Source: an uncultured Oscillospiraceae bacterium (GTDB lineage: Bacteria; Bacillota; Clostridia; Oscillospirales; Ruminococcaceae). Taken from it: DNA of 56,298 bases. Position numbers and translations under genes: made by a program. Every line of letters starts with the position of its first letter. Position 1 is the stretch's first letter. Where the stretch lies: contig CASGDD010000040.1 in NCBI GenBank assembly GCA_949300115.1, positions 1 through 56,298 of the forward strand, in the 5' to 3' direction. The notes under the pieces were generated by a model. That model did not search any database. It was not told the DNA's origin and saw nothing but the letters and a program-made list of their open reading frames with translations. Shown here piece after piece: positions 37,580 to 46,436 of this stretch.

Positions 37580-38029
37580 ATGGATTATCCAGTGATCATA
37601 TGGCTGGTTCTGACCATCCTGTTTCTGGTGGCGGAGGCGGCGACGGCGGGGTTGGTAACCATCTGGTTGATTCCCGGATCGGTGGTCGCGCTGCTGCTGG
37701 CACTTTGCCATCTGCCGGTGCCCGTTCAGCTGGTCGCGTTTTTCCTGCTGTCGGCGGTCGCGCTTATCCTGACCCGGCGCTACGCAGCCGACCGCCGTCC
37801 GCCCAAGAAGATTCCGACCAATGCCGACAGATTGCTTGGCAAGGCGGGGATGGTGGAGCAGGCGATTGACAATGCTGCGGCTCAAGGCCGGGTTCAGGTG
37901 CAGGGGGAGGATTGGAGCGCCCGTTCCCAAAGTGGGGAGCCAATTCCCCAGGGAACGCCGGTGCGGGTGCTCGCCATCGAAGGGGTCAAACTGATTGTTG
38001 CGCCGATCGGATGCGAACGGCCACAATAA
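37580..38029 (+). CDS. NfeD family membrane protein
   Basis: Two or three N-terminal TM helices and a C-terminal OB-like motif GRVQVQGEDWSARS...GTPVRVLAIEGVKLIV. Confidence 0.8.
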   Translation: MDYPVIIWLVLTILFLVAEAATAGLVTIWLIPGSVVALLLALCHLPVPVQLVAFFLLSAVALILTRRYAADRRPPKKIPTNADRLLGKAGMVEQAIDNAAAQGRVQVQGEDWSARSQSGEPIPQGTPVRVLAIEGVKLIVAPIGCERPQ

Positions 38030-38052
38030 AGCTGCTGTAGGAGGTAGTGTGT

Positions 38053-38958
38053 ATGGAAGCGTTGATTGTGTTGGTCATTCTGGCGGCGATTGTAATCGCT
38101 GTGGTCATCTCCTGTGTCAAGATCGTGCCGCAGGCGAATGTCTTTGTGGTGGAGTTCCTCGGCTCCTACCAGGCCACCTGGCAGACCGGCCTGCATCTCA
38201 AGCTGCCCTTTGTCCAGCGGATTGCCAAGCGGGTTTCCCTCAAGGAGCAGGTGATCGACTTTTTGCCCCAGGCGGTCATCACCAAAGACAATGTCACCAT
38301 GCAGATCGACACGGTCGTCTTCTTTCAGGTAACCGATGCCAAGCTCTACACCTACGGGGTCGACAACCCGATCTCGGCGATCGAATATCTGACTGCGACC
38401 ACCCTGCGCAACATCATCGGCGAGCTCGAACTGGATGCGACGCTGACCAGCCGCGATTCGATCAATACGAAAATCACCACCATCCTCGATGTTGCCACCG
38501 ACAAGTGGGGCATCAAGGTCAACCGGGTGGAGCTGAAGAATATCCTGCCGCCCCGCGAGATCCAGGATGCCATGGAGCGCCAGATGAAGGCCGAGCGGGA
38601 GCGCCGTGAGTCGGTGCTGCGTGCCGAAGGGGAGAAGCGCAGCCAGATTCTGGTGGCCGAGGGTGAGAAGGAGAGTGCCATTCTGCGGGCTGAGGCGGTC
38701 AAAGCCAAACTCATCGCCGAGGCGGAAGGCCAGGCGGAGGCGATCCGGCTGGTGCAGAAGGCGACGGCCGATTCGATTGCGTTGATCAATGAGGTCCGTC
38801 CGGGCGAGGGCTACCTTGCCATCAAGAGCCTCGAGGCGTTTGAAAAGGTGGCGGACGGCAAGGCCACCAAGATTATCATCCCCTCGGAGATTCAGGGGCT
38901 TGCAGGGCTTGCCGCCAGTGCTCGAGAGATTTTTACCACCGATACACCGTCAGTCTAG
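38053..38958 (+). CDS. SPFH/band-7 (stomatin-like, QmcA-type) protein
   Basis: N-terminal TM, SPFH core (VPQANVFVVEFLGSY...TKDNVTMQIDTVVFFQV) and a coiled-coil C-terminus. Classic NfeD-SPFH gene pair. Confidence 0.9.
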   Translation: MEALIVLVILAAIVIAVVISCVKIVPQANVFVVEFLGSYQATWQTGLHLKLPFVQRIAKRVSLKEQVIDFLPQAVITKDNVTMQIDTVVFFQVTDAKLYTYGVDNPISAIEYLTATTLRNIIGELELDATLTSRDSINTKITTILDVATDKWGIKVNRVELKNILPPREIQDAMERQMKAERERRESVLRAEGEKRSQILVAEGEKESAILRAEAVKAKLIAEAEGQAEAIRLVQKATADSIALINEVRPGEGYLAIKSLEAFEKVADGKATKIIIPSEIQGLAGLAASAREIFTTDTPSV

Positions 38959-39043
38959 GGGAGGACCGGGAAACGGTTCCGTAAAAAAGACGGTGTGTAA
39001 TCGGTGTACCCATTCCCCGCCAGGCGCTGCCGATGTTCATCCG

Positions 39044-39072
39044 TTGATTTTTGCGGAGGAATCCTTTACAAT
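39044..39072 (+). promoter_or_regulatory. Sigma-A promoter (TTGATT-17-TACAAT) of the pur operon
   Basis: Boxes lie 99 nt upstream of the purE start. Confidence 0.65.
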
Positions 39073-39111
39073 GGAAAAGGATATGGATGGCGGCCGAGGA
39101 GAGGAAAACAG

Positions 39112-39149
39112 GGCCGTCCCGCCGTTTGTCGGGGCGGCCGTTGATTTTT
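39112..39149 (+). terminator. Leader terminator (attenuator) between the pur promoter and purE
   Basis: 10-bp stem GGCCGTCCCG/CGGGGCGGCC (one G-U pair), 8-nt loop, followed by GTTGATTTTT. An alternative 7-bp pairing joins 39089-39095 with 39112-39118. Confidence 0.55.
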
Positions 39150-39170
39150 GAGACAAAGGGGCGATCGATA

Positions 39171-39668
39171 TTGAAGAAGGTAGCGGTCCTGATGGGCAGC
39201 GATTCCGACTTTCCGGTGGTGAAAAAGGCGGTCACCACCCTCAAGGGATTGGGTATCCCCTGTGAGGCGCGGGTGATGAGCGCCCACCGGACACCGGAGG
39301 AGGCGTGTGTCTTTGCCCGCACGGCACGGGAAAACGGATTCGGTGTACTCATCGCGGCGGCCGGCAAGGCGGCCCATCTCGCGGGCGTTCTGGCGGCCCA
39401 CACCACCCTGCCGGTGATCGGCATCCCGATCAAATCCTCCACCCTCGACGGGCTGGATGCGCTGCTGGCGACCGTGCAGATGCCGGGCGGAATCCCGGTG
39501 GCGACGGTGGCGATCGACGGGGCGGAGAATGCCGCGCTGTTGGCAGCGTCGATGTTAGCGGTCGAGGACGATGTGCTGGCGGACAAGCTCGACGCGATGC
39601 GGGTACGGATGCGGGAGCGGGTACTCGAAAAGGACCGGCTGCTGCAGGCGGAAGTGGAAACACTCTGA
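39171..39668 (+). CDS. purE: 5-(carboxyamino)imidazole ribonucleotide mutase
   Basis: TTG start with an AAAGGGG RBS. VAVLMGSDSDFPV, SAHRTP and GVIIAAAG-like motifs. Confidence 0.9.
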   Translation: MKKVAVLMGSDSDFPVVKKAVTTLKGLGIPCEARVMSAHRTPEEACVFARTARENGFGVLIAAAGKAAHLAGVLAAHTTLPVIGIPIKSSTLDGLDALLATVQMPGGIPVATVAIDGAENAALLAASMLAVEDDVLADKLDAMRVRMRERVLEKDRLLQAEVETL

Positions 39669-39681
39669 AGGGGGAAGACGG

Positions 39682-40716
39682 ATGGCAAACTATCGCAGAG
39701 ACCGCTATAAAGAGGCGGGTGTCGACGTCGAAGCGGGTTACCGCGCGGTCGAACTGATGAAGGGACATATCGCCCGTACGATGACGGCGGGGGTGATGGG
39801 CGGCGTCGGCGGCTTTGGCGGCGCGTTCGAGCTGGATCTCAGCGACACCCCCCATCCGGTGCTCGTCTCGGGCACCGACGGGGTCGGCACCAAGCTCAAG
39901 CTCGCCTTTCTGATGGACAAGCACGACACCATCGGCATCGACTGTGTGGCGATGTGTGTCAATGATATCATCTGCTGCGGCGCCCGGCCGCTCTTCTTTC
40001 TCGATTACCTCGCCCAACATAAGAACATCCCCGAGAAGGTCGCGGCAATTGTCGGCGGGGTGGCGGAGGGCTGTGTCCAGGCCGGCTGTGCGCTGGTCGG
40101 CGGCGAGACGGCCGAGATGCCCGGATTTTATAAGGAGGATGAATACGACATCGCCGGCTTTGCGGTGGGCGTGGTCGACCGTGACCGGATGGTTCAGAAC
40201 AACGCGGCGCCGGGCGATCTGCTGATCGGGCTGCGTGCGAGCGGGGTCCATTCCAATGGCTTTTCGCTGGTGCGCAGGGTATTGGATGTCGAGCATACCG
40301 ACCTGCAACGTAAGGTCGATGAGCTGGGCATGAGCCTGGGTGAGGCGCTGTTAACCCCCACCCGCATCTATGTCAAGCCGATGCTGGCGCTGATGCGGGA
40401 GGTTGCCGTCAAGGGCGTTTCCCACATTACCGGCGGCGGTTTCTATGAGAATATCCCCCGGATGCTGCCGGCGGATGTCCACGCGGTGATCGAACGGTCG
40501 CGTGTGCCGGTGCTGCCCATCTTTACCCACATCGCCCGGGAGGGGGATATCCCCGAGGAGGAGATGTTCGGGACCTTCAACATGGGAATCGGGATGGTTT
40601 TGGCCGTCGCACCGCAGGAGGCCGACCGGGCGCTTGCGATCCTCGAGCGGGAGGGGGAGGCCCCCGTCCGGCTGGGCCGGGTCGAGGCGGGCGCCGGTCC
40701 GGTGTGCATCGTATGA
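39682..40716 (+). CDS. purM: Phosphoribosylformylglycinamidine cyclo-ligase (AIR synthetase)
   Basis: YKEAGVDVEAG, GTDGVGTKL and GGETAEMPG motifs. Confidence 0.95.
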   Translation: MANYRRDRYKEAGVDVEAGYRAVELMKGHIARTMTAGVMGGVGGFGGAFELDLSDTPHPVLVSGTDGVGTKLKLAFLMDKHDTIGIDCVAMCVNDIICCGARPLFFLDYLAQHKNIPEKVAAIVGGVAEGCVQAGCALVGGETAEMPGFYKEDEYDIAGFAVGVVDRDRMVQNNAAPGDLLIGLRASGVHSNGFSLVRRVLDVEHTDLQRKVDELGMSLGEALLTPTRIYVKPMLALMREVAVKGVSHITGGGFYENIPRMLPADVHAVIERSRVPVLPIFTHIAREGDIPEEEMFGTFNMGIGMVLAVAPQEADRALAILEREGEAPVRLGRVEAGAGPVCIV

Positions 40717-41315
40717 GCGGGCCGGTGCGGATTGCGGTCCTTGTTTCGGGTGGCGGCACCAACCTGCAGGCGCTGATCGACGCCGAACGGGCAGGCGCGC
40801 TTGGCTGCGGGCAGATCGCGCTGGTCATTGCCAGCCGGCCGGGCGTCTACGCGCTTGAGCGAGCCCGGCGGGCGGGGATCGAGACGGCGGTGGTTGATCG
40901 CCGCACGGCGGCAGATCCCGACGGCGAGATGGCGGCGCTGCTCAGCGCCCATCGGATCGATCTGGTGGTGTTGGCAGGCTTCCTTTCGATACTGGGAGAA
41001 AAAGTTTTAGAACGTTATACGGATCGTATACTCAACATCCATCCGGCCCTCATCCCTGCCTTCTGTGGCAGGGGGATGTACGGGCTGCGTGTCCACGAGG
41101 CGGTCCTCCGTGCAGGGGTCAAGGTGACCGGCGCCACCGTCCATCTGGTCAACGAGGTGGTCGACGGCGGCAGGATCCTGCTGCAGAAGGCGGTGGAGGT
41201 GAAGGAGGGGGATACCCCCGAGAGCCTTCAGCGCCGGGTGATGGAGGAGGCCGAGTGGGTGCTGCTGCCCCAGGCGGTCCGGATGATGTGCGATAAATGG
41301 GGAGGCAAATCATGA
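40713..41315 (+). CDS. purN: Phosphoribosylglycinamide formyltransferase
   Basis: [22 protein letters not shown] and GATVHLV motifs. ATGA overlap with purM. Confidence 0.93.
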   Translation: MSGPVRIAVLVSGGGTNLQALIDAERAGALGCGQIALVIASRPGVYALERARRAGIETAVVDRRTAADPDGEMAALLSAHRIDLVVLAGFLSILGEKVLERYTDRILNIHPALIPAFCGRGMYGLRVHEAVLRAGVKVTGATVHLVNEVVDGGRILLQKAVEVKEGDTPESLQRRVMEEAEWVLLPQAVRMMCDKWGGKS

Positions 41316-42862
41316 AAAAGCGTGCACTGTTAAGCGTTTCGGACAAGACCGGCCTTGCGGCTTTCGCCAAAGGCCTGGCCGAGCTCGGCTATGAGCTGGT
41401 CTCGACCGGCGGCACCGCCCGCACCCTGCGGGAGGCTGGACTGGAGGTTGTCGATATCTCCGAGATCACCGGGTTCCCCGAATGTCTCGACGGCAGGGTC
41501 AAAACCCTCCATCCGATGGTCCACGGCGGGCTGTTGGCCATGCACGACAACCCCGAGCATATGGCGCAGCTGGACAAGCTCGGCATCACCCCGATCGAGG
41601 TGCTGGTCTGCAATCTCTATCCCTTTAAGGCAACCATCCTCAAGGAGGGGGTCACCTTCGAGGAGGCGATCGAGAACATCGATATCGGCGGCCCGACGAT
41701 GATCCGTTCGGCGGCGAAAAACTGGCAGGATGTCGTCGTGGTGATCGATCCGCGCGACTACGACCGGGTGCTCGAGGAGCTCCGGGCGGGCGGTGTCAGC
41801 CGGGAACACAAGCTGGCGCTCGCCTGCAAGGTGTTCGAACAGATTGCCAACTACGACGCGATGATCGCCGATTATATGCGGAAGGTGACCCAGGCCGAGA
41901 CGCTGCCCGAGACGCTGACGCTGACCTATGAGCGGGTGCAGCCGATGCGCTACGGCGAAAATCCCCACCAGCAGGCGGCCTTCTACCGTGAGGTGATGCC
42001 GGTGCGCGGCGCCTTGACCGAGGCGAAGCAGCTGCATGGCAAGGAGCTTTCCTTCAACAACATCAGCGATGCCAACGCGGCGCTGCAGACGTTGGCCGAG
42101 TTCGGTACCGAGGAACCGGCGGCCGTCGCCCTCAAGCATGCCAATCCCTGCGGCGTCGGCATCGGCGGGACGCTGCATGAGGCCTATCAGAACGCCTATG
42201 AGGCCGACCCGGTCTCGATCTTCGGCGGCATTGTCGCGCTCAACCGGGAGGTCGACGCCGCGACGGCCGAAGAGATGGCGAAGATCTTCCTCGAGATCAT
42301 CATCGCCCCCGCCTTCAGCGAGGAGGCGCTGGCCATCCTCGAGAAGAAGAAGAACATCCGGCTGCTCGAACTGCCCGGCTGCGGCGAGCCCTTCCCCAAG
42401 GGGATGCTCGATTTCAAGCGGGTGGCCGGCGGCATGCTCGCCCAGACGATCGACGACAGGCTGTTGGCGGATGAGGAGCCTCGCTGTGTGACCGACCGCA
42501 AGCCTACCGAGGCGGAGATGAAGCAGCTGATGTTCGCCTGGAAGGTGGTCAAGCATGTCAAATCGAACGGCATCGTGCTGGCCAAGGACGGCCGGACGGT
42601 CGGTGTCGGCCCGGGCCAGACCAACCGGGTGACCGCGCTCGATCTTGCCATCCGCTATGCGGGTGAGGAGAAGGCGAAGGGTTCGGTGATGGCTTCCGAC
42701 GCCTTCTTCCCCTTCTCCGACTGTGTCGAGCACGCGGCTGCGGCCGGCGTCACCGCCATCATCCAGCCGGGCGGTTCGATCCGTGATGAGGAGAGCATCA
42801 AGGCCTGCAACGAGGCGGGCATTGCGATGATCTTCACCGGCATGCGTCACTTCAAGCACTGA
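41312..42862 (+). CDS. purH: Bifunctional AICAR transformylase / IMP cyclohydrolase
   Basis: [20 protein letters not shown] and a C-terminal [13 protein letters not shown] overlap with purN. Confidence 0.97.
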   Translation: MKKRALLSVSDKTGLAAFAKGLAELGYELVSTGGTARTLREAGLEVVDISEITGFPECLDGRVKTLHPMVHGGLLAMHDNPEHMAQLDKLGITPIEVLVCNLYPFKATILKEGVTFEEAIENIDIGGPTMIRSAAKNWQDVVVVIDPRDYDRVLEELRAGGVSREHKLALACKVFEQIANYDAMIADYMRKVTQAETLPETLTLTYERVQPMRYGENPHQQAAFYREVMPVRGALTEAKQLHGKELSFNNISDANAALQTLAEFGTEEPAAVALKHANPCGVGIGGTLHEAYQNAYEADPVSIFGGIVALNREVDAATAEEMAKIFLEIIIAPAFSEEALAILEKKKNIRLLELPGCGEPFPKGMLDFKRVAGGMLAQTIDDRLLADEEPRCVTDRKPTEAEMKQLMFAWKVVKHVKSNGIVLAKDGRTVGVGPGQTNRVTALDLAIRYAGEEKAKGSVMASDAFFPFSDCVEHAAAAGVTAIIQPGGSIRDEESIKACNEAGIAMIFTGMRHFKH

Positions 42863-42881
42863 TCACGACGGAGGAAAATCC

Positions 42882-44135
42882 ATGAAGATACTGGTCATCG
42901 GCTCGGGCGGCAGGGAACACGCGGTGATCCAAAAGCTCCGGGAAAACCCCGCCGTCGAGCGGATCTACTGTGCGCCGGGCAACGGCGGCATCGCACAGGA
43001 TGCCGAATGCGTGCCGGTCAAGGCAACCGATATCGATGGCATGGTGGCACTCGCCCAGGCCAAAGCGATCGATCTGGTGGTGGTCACCCCCGACGATCCG
43101 CTGGCCATTGGGATGACCGATTCCCTCCGCCGGGCGGGTATCCGCGCCTTCGGCCCAAGCAAGCGGGCGGCCGAAATCGAGTCGAGCAAGGTGTTTGCCA
43201 AGCAGCTGATGCGCAAATACGGCATCCCTACCGCCGACTACGCGGTCTTTTCCGAGGCGGAACCGGCCATCGACTATGTCCGCCAGATGGGCAGGCTGCC
43301 CGTCGTCATCAAGGCGGACGGCCTGGCGCTTGGCAAGGGGGTCATCATCGCCGAATCGATGCGGGAGGCGGAGGCGGCCATCCGCGGGATGATCGAAGGC
43401 GGCCGGTTTGGCCAGGCGGGCAGCCGGGTGGTCATCGAGGAGTTTATGACCGGCCCGGAGGTCAGCGTACTCGCCTTCACCGACGGCAAAACGCTTTCGC
43501 CGATGGTCTCGGCGATGGATCACAAGCGGGTGTTTGACGGCGACCGCGGCCCCAATACCGGCGGGATGGGGACCATTGCCCCCAATCCGCACTACACCCC
43601 CGCCATCGCCGAACGCTGTATGCGGGAGATCTTTCTGCCGACCGTCGAGGCGATGCGCAAGGAGGGACGCCCCTTTGCCGGTTGTCTCTACTTCGGCCTG
43701 ATGCTTACCCCCGACGGGCCCAAGGTGGTCGAGTACAACTGTCGCTTTGGCGATCCCGAGACCCAGGTGGTGCTTCCGCTCCTCAAGACCGATCTGCTGA
43801 CGATTATGAATGCGGTGATCGATGGGACGCTGGATAGCCTGCCGATCGAATGGTCGGACGGGGCGGCGGCCTGTATTGTGCTCGCCTCGGGCGGCTATCC
43901 CGGCCACTATGAGACCGGCTTCCCGATCGAAGGGCTCGAGATGGTGCGGGATGCGGCGGTTTACCACGCAGGTACCAAGCTGGTCAACGGCCATCTGGTG
44001 ACCGGCGGCGGCCGGGTGCTGGGGGTCACGGCCACCGCACCCACCCTCGAAGAGGCGCTCGACAAGGCCTACGCGGCGGCGGAACAGATCCGCTTCGACG
44101 GACGCCACTACCGCCGGGACATCGGCCGGCGCTGA
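42882..44135 (+). CDS. purD: Phosphoribosylamine--glycine ligase
   Basis: MKILVIGSGGREHA, the ATP-grasp core and a C-terminal YRRDIG. Confidence 0.97.
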   Translation: MKILVIGSGGREHAVIQKLRENPAVERIYCAPGNGGIAQDAECVPVKATDIDGMVALAQAKAIDLVVVTPDDPLAIGMTDSLRRAGIRAFGPSKRAAEIESSKVFAKQLMRKYGIPTADYAVFSEAEPAIDYVRQMGRLPVVIKADGLALGKGVIIAESMREAEAAIRGMIEGGRFGQAGSRVVIEEFMTGPEVSVLAFTDGKTLSPMVSAMDHKRVFDGDRGPNTGGMGTIAPNPHYTPAIAERCMREIFLPTVEAMRKEGRPFAGCLYFGLMLTPDGPKVVEYNCRFGDPETQVVLPLLKTDLLTIMNAVIDGTLDSLPIEWSDGAAACIVLASGGYPGHYETGFPIEGLEMVRDAAVYHAGTKLVNGHLVTGGGRVLGVTATAPTLEEALDKAYAAAEQIRFDGRHYRRDIGRR

Positions 44136-44150
44136 AAATAGAGGACAAAG

Positions 44151-44194
44151 AACAAAGCTGCACCTTTAGGAAGAACGGTGCAGCTTTGTTGCTT
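44151..44194 (+). terminator. Intrinsic terminator of the pur operon
   Basis: Perfect 14-bp stem AACAAAGCTGCACC/GGTGCAGCTTTGTT with a 12-nt loop. Confidence 0.8.
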
Positions 44195-44227
44195 ACAACG
44201 ATTGGAAACTAGGACAGGAGGTACACG

Positions 44228-44674
44228 ATGAAGCTGGTGGAATGGCGGGAGAGAACCCCCGCGCGGTTGGCGCCGCTGCTGACGGTCTGGGAGACGTCGG
44301 TGCGGGCAACCCACCTGTTTTTATCCGAACATGCGATTCTGGAGATCCGTGGGTATGTTCCGCAGGCGTTGGCGGAGGTGCCCCATCTGTTGGTGGCGGA
44401 GGAGGATGACGGTACCCCCAAGGCATTTATGGGGGTGGATGGAAGGCGGCTGGAGATGCTGTTTGTCGCCGCGGAGGCCCGCGGCAAGGGCTATGGCAGC
44501 GCGCTGCTCCGCTATGGCATCGAGCGGTTCGATATCGACCAGCTGGCGGTCAACGAACAGAACCCGCAGGCCCGCGGCTTTTATGAGCGGATGGGCTTCC
44601 GGGTGGAGAGACGCTCGCCGGTCGACGAGCAGGGCCAGCCTTACCCGATTTTATACATGCGGAGGATGGACTGA
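44228..44674 (+). CDS. GNAT family N-acetyltransferase (YjaB-like)
   Basis: RGKGYGSALLRYGIE and NEQNPQARGFYERMGF motifs. Confidence 0.8.
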   Translation: MKLVEWRERTPARLAPLLTVWETSVRATHLFLSEHAILEIRGYVPQALAEVPHLLVAEEDDGTPKAFMGVDGRRLEMLFVAAEARGKGYGSALLRYGIERFDIDQLAVNEQNPQARGFYERMGFRVERRSPVDEQGQPYPILYMRRMD

Positions 44675-44828
44675 AAGGCGGAAAAGCGACCAGAAGGCTC
44701 TCCCGGAGCGGGACGAGTGGCCGGTACGGCGGGGCAGCATGGAAAAGAAGAATTTTAGAAACGGTCGAGCGACGTCACCGAACCGGGCGACGCCGCTCGC
44801 TTGTACGCTATCTCGAACGGATGTGGAG

Positions 44829-45347
44829 CTAGACGGTGGGGGGATTCCGTCTGGAATGTTTGATTTTGGCGCCCAGCCGTGCCAGCACACCACTGATATA
44901 GAGTGCCAGAACGATCCCAACACCGTAGGCAAAACCGAGGGCAAAGCTGGCGATGCGGTCTCCCCAGAGCGAGGAATTCCATCCCGTCCCCTCCATCAGC
45001 AGGAAAAGGGAGAAGGCGGCCACGCCAACCCATGCGAAGAAAGCCATCCGGCGGGCAAGGTTGCGCTTTTCGAGTTCGCTGTAGCCGGCAAGCTGTTCGG
45101 CTGTCTCCCGTGCGACCGGATCGAGCGCGGCATCCTTCCGCCGTTCCCCCATGAGCAGATCCCGTATATCCACCTGATACCGGTCGGCCAGCGTCAGCAG
45201 CAGATCGAGATCGGGCAGACTGGTACCTGTTTCCCAGCGGGAGATGGTTCGGGTGGAGACGTTTAGCTGTTCCGCAAGCATCTCCTGGGTCCATCCCCGC
45301 TCTTTGCGTAGGATTCGCAGCAGTTCTCCGGTCTTTTTGAGATCCAT
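44829..45347 (-). CDS. XRE-family helix-turn-helix regulator with C-terminal membrane anchor
   Basis: ATG at 45347 has AGGAG 8 nt upstream. HTH segment LRKERGWTQEMLAEQLNVSTRTISRWETG. Three predicted C-terminal TM helices. Confidence 0.75.
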   Translation of the reverse strand: MDLKKTGELLRILRKERGWTQEMLAEQLNVSTRTISRWETGTSLPDLDLLLTLADRYQVDIRDLLMGERRKDAALDPVARETAEQLAGYSELEKRNLARRMAFFAWVGVAAFSLFLLMEGTGWNSSLWGDRIASFALGFAYGVGIVLALYISGVLARLGAKIKHSRRNPPTV

Positions 45348-45434
45348 CGGATCCACTCCTTTCCAAGAAACAGCATACCTCCGTGCCCGCCGGAATACCA
45401 GGACATCTCCCGGGAAGGGAGGATTTTGGCGCGG

Positions 45435-45464
45435 AAAAAGGGACCGGACATCCGATGTCCGGTC
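45435..45464 (-). terminator. Intrinsic terminator after ybaK
   Basis: On the minus strand: GACCGGACAT-CGG-ATGTCCGGTC followed by CCTTTTT. Confidence 0.7.
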
Positions 45465-45476
45465 GGATCAACGGCC

Positions 45477-45956
45477 CTATGCGGTGAGGTCGGCGTAGCC
45501 GGCATGGGCGGCCCGGCAGAGATCGTCGGGCGCAAGCTCCATCTGCAGGCCGATCCGCCCGGCGCTGACGACAATCCGGTCGAAGAGGATGGCCGTCTCG
45601 TCGAGATGAACGGGATACTCCTTTTTCATCCCAAGGGGGGAGCAGCCGCCCCGGATATAGCCGGTAACCTTATTGATGTCGGCCACCGGGATCATGGCGA
45701 TGTTCTTCTCCCCCGCCGCCCGGGCCGCCTTTTTGAGGTCGAGTTCGTGGTCGACCGGGATCACAAAGACGTGGTAGCCGCCCGATGCCCCCCGGGTGGC
45801 CAGCGTCTTGAAGACCCGTTCGGGCTCGATGCCCACCTTGCCGGCGACCGTCACCCCGTCGATTCCGCCGTCGCTGACGTCGTAGCTGTGGGTTTCATAG
45901 GCGATTCCCAGCGTGTCCAGCAGCCGCACGGCGTTGGTTTTGTCGCTCTTTCCCAT
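45477..45956 (-). CDS. ybaK: Cys-tRNA(Pro)/Cys-tRNA(Cys) deacylase YbaK
   Basis: KTNAVRLLD..., VFKTL and GYIRGGCSPLG motifs of the YbaK/EbsC family. Confidence 0.9.
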   Translation of the reverse strand: MGKSDKTNAVRLLDTLGIAYETHSYDVSDGGIDGVTVAGKVGIEPERVFKTLATRGASGGYHVFVIPVDHELDLKKAARAAGEKNIAMIPVADINKVTGYIRGGCSPLGMKKEYPVHLDETAILFDRIVVSAGRIGLQMELAPDDLCRAAHAGYADLTA

Positions 45957-46099
45957 CTTCCATCCTTCCTTTCCCGGTGGTAAAGCTGGCCGTCGCCGCC
46001 GGCGGACAGCATCGGTATCCTAGCTATTATACCACGCGGCGGGTGACGCGCCAACCGTCCCGCTACATATACTGTCGCAGGAAAGGATGGGGATGTGAG

Positions 46100-46408
46100 A
46101 TGCCATCGGCGATGCGGCGGCTTCGCCATTCGCTGGCGGCCCTGGCGGCTGCCGGGCTGCTTTGCCTGCTGATTGTGCTCGGTTCGGAGGAGAGGGCTCC
46201 GGTTGGAGGGCGGATCGAATCTCCTCAGCCGATTGCCCCCATCCACCCCTGTGTGCTTCTCCCCAGCAATCTGCAGTCGGCAGACGAGGTCCGAAGCGGC
46301 GGCAGATCCTCCTGCCCGGATGAGATCCTACCGGCGGTCTATTCGCGGCCGACAGCGCCCGGTGAGGGGGAAACGGCTGGATTTTGGCGGGAGGCTGTGC
46401 TACAATAG
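46100..46408 (+). CDS. Hypothetical small protein with signal/TM-like N-terminus (weak call)
   Basis: 102-aa ORF with a high-GC3 coding-like pattern and a weak RBS. Its 3' end overlaps the predicted promoter of the next gene. I recognise no family. Confidence 0.3.
   Translation: MPSAMRRLRHSLAALAAAGLLCLLIVLGSEERAPVGGRIESPQPIAPIHPCVLLPSNLQSADEVRSGGRSSCPDEILPAVYSRPTAPGEGETAGFWREAVLQ
46398..46406 (+). promoter_or_regulatory. Extended -10 element (TGcTACAAT)
   Basis: Lies 31 nt upstream of the ATG at 46437. The -35 is weak. Confidence 0.4.
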
Positions 46409-46436
46409 AGGGGAAAAGACAGGGGAGGTGGCATGG

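Noticed and set aside
39083-39151. A 22-codon leader ORF (MDGGRGEENRAVPPFVGAAVDF) running through the purE leader terminator, suggesting translation-coupled attenuation.
   Set aside because: It has no Shine-Dalgarno sequence and would begin only a few nt from the predicted TSS. The upstream ATG at 39071 lies inside the -10 box. It has no purine-related codon logic. I keep it only as a remote alternative.
38959-39170. A purine, ZTP (pfl) or PRPP riboswitch, or a PurR PurBox, upstream of purE.
   Set aside because: I found no purine-aptamer junction/loop core and no ZTP CCGCCUGGGC pseudoknot element (only CCGCCAGGCG, upstream of the promoter). The predicted leader is too short for these aptamers. 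A CGGAAC-containing sequence at 38975-38990 only loosely resembles a PurBox. A covariance-model scan is needed for certainty.
44331-45266. A 311-aa plus-strand ORF, and the ORF at 44755-45471 (minus strand), overlapping the XRE regulator locus.
   Set aside because: They are out of frame or antisense to the HTH-TM gene, which has a canonical HTH motif and an AGGAG RBS. The translations are Arg/Gly/Pro-rich nonsense.
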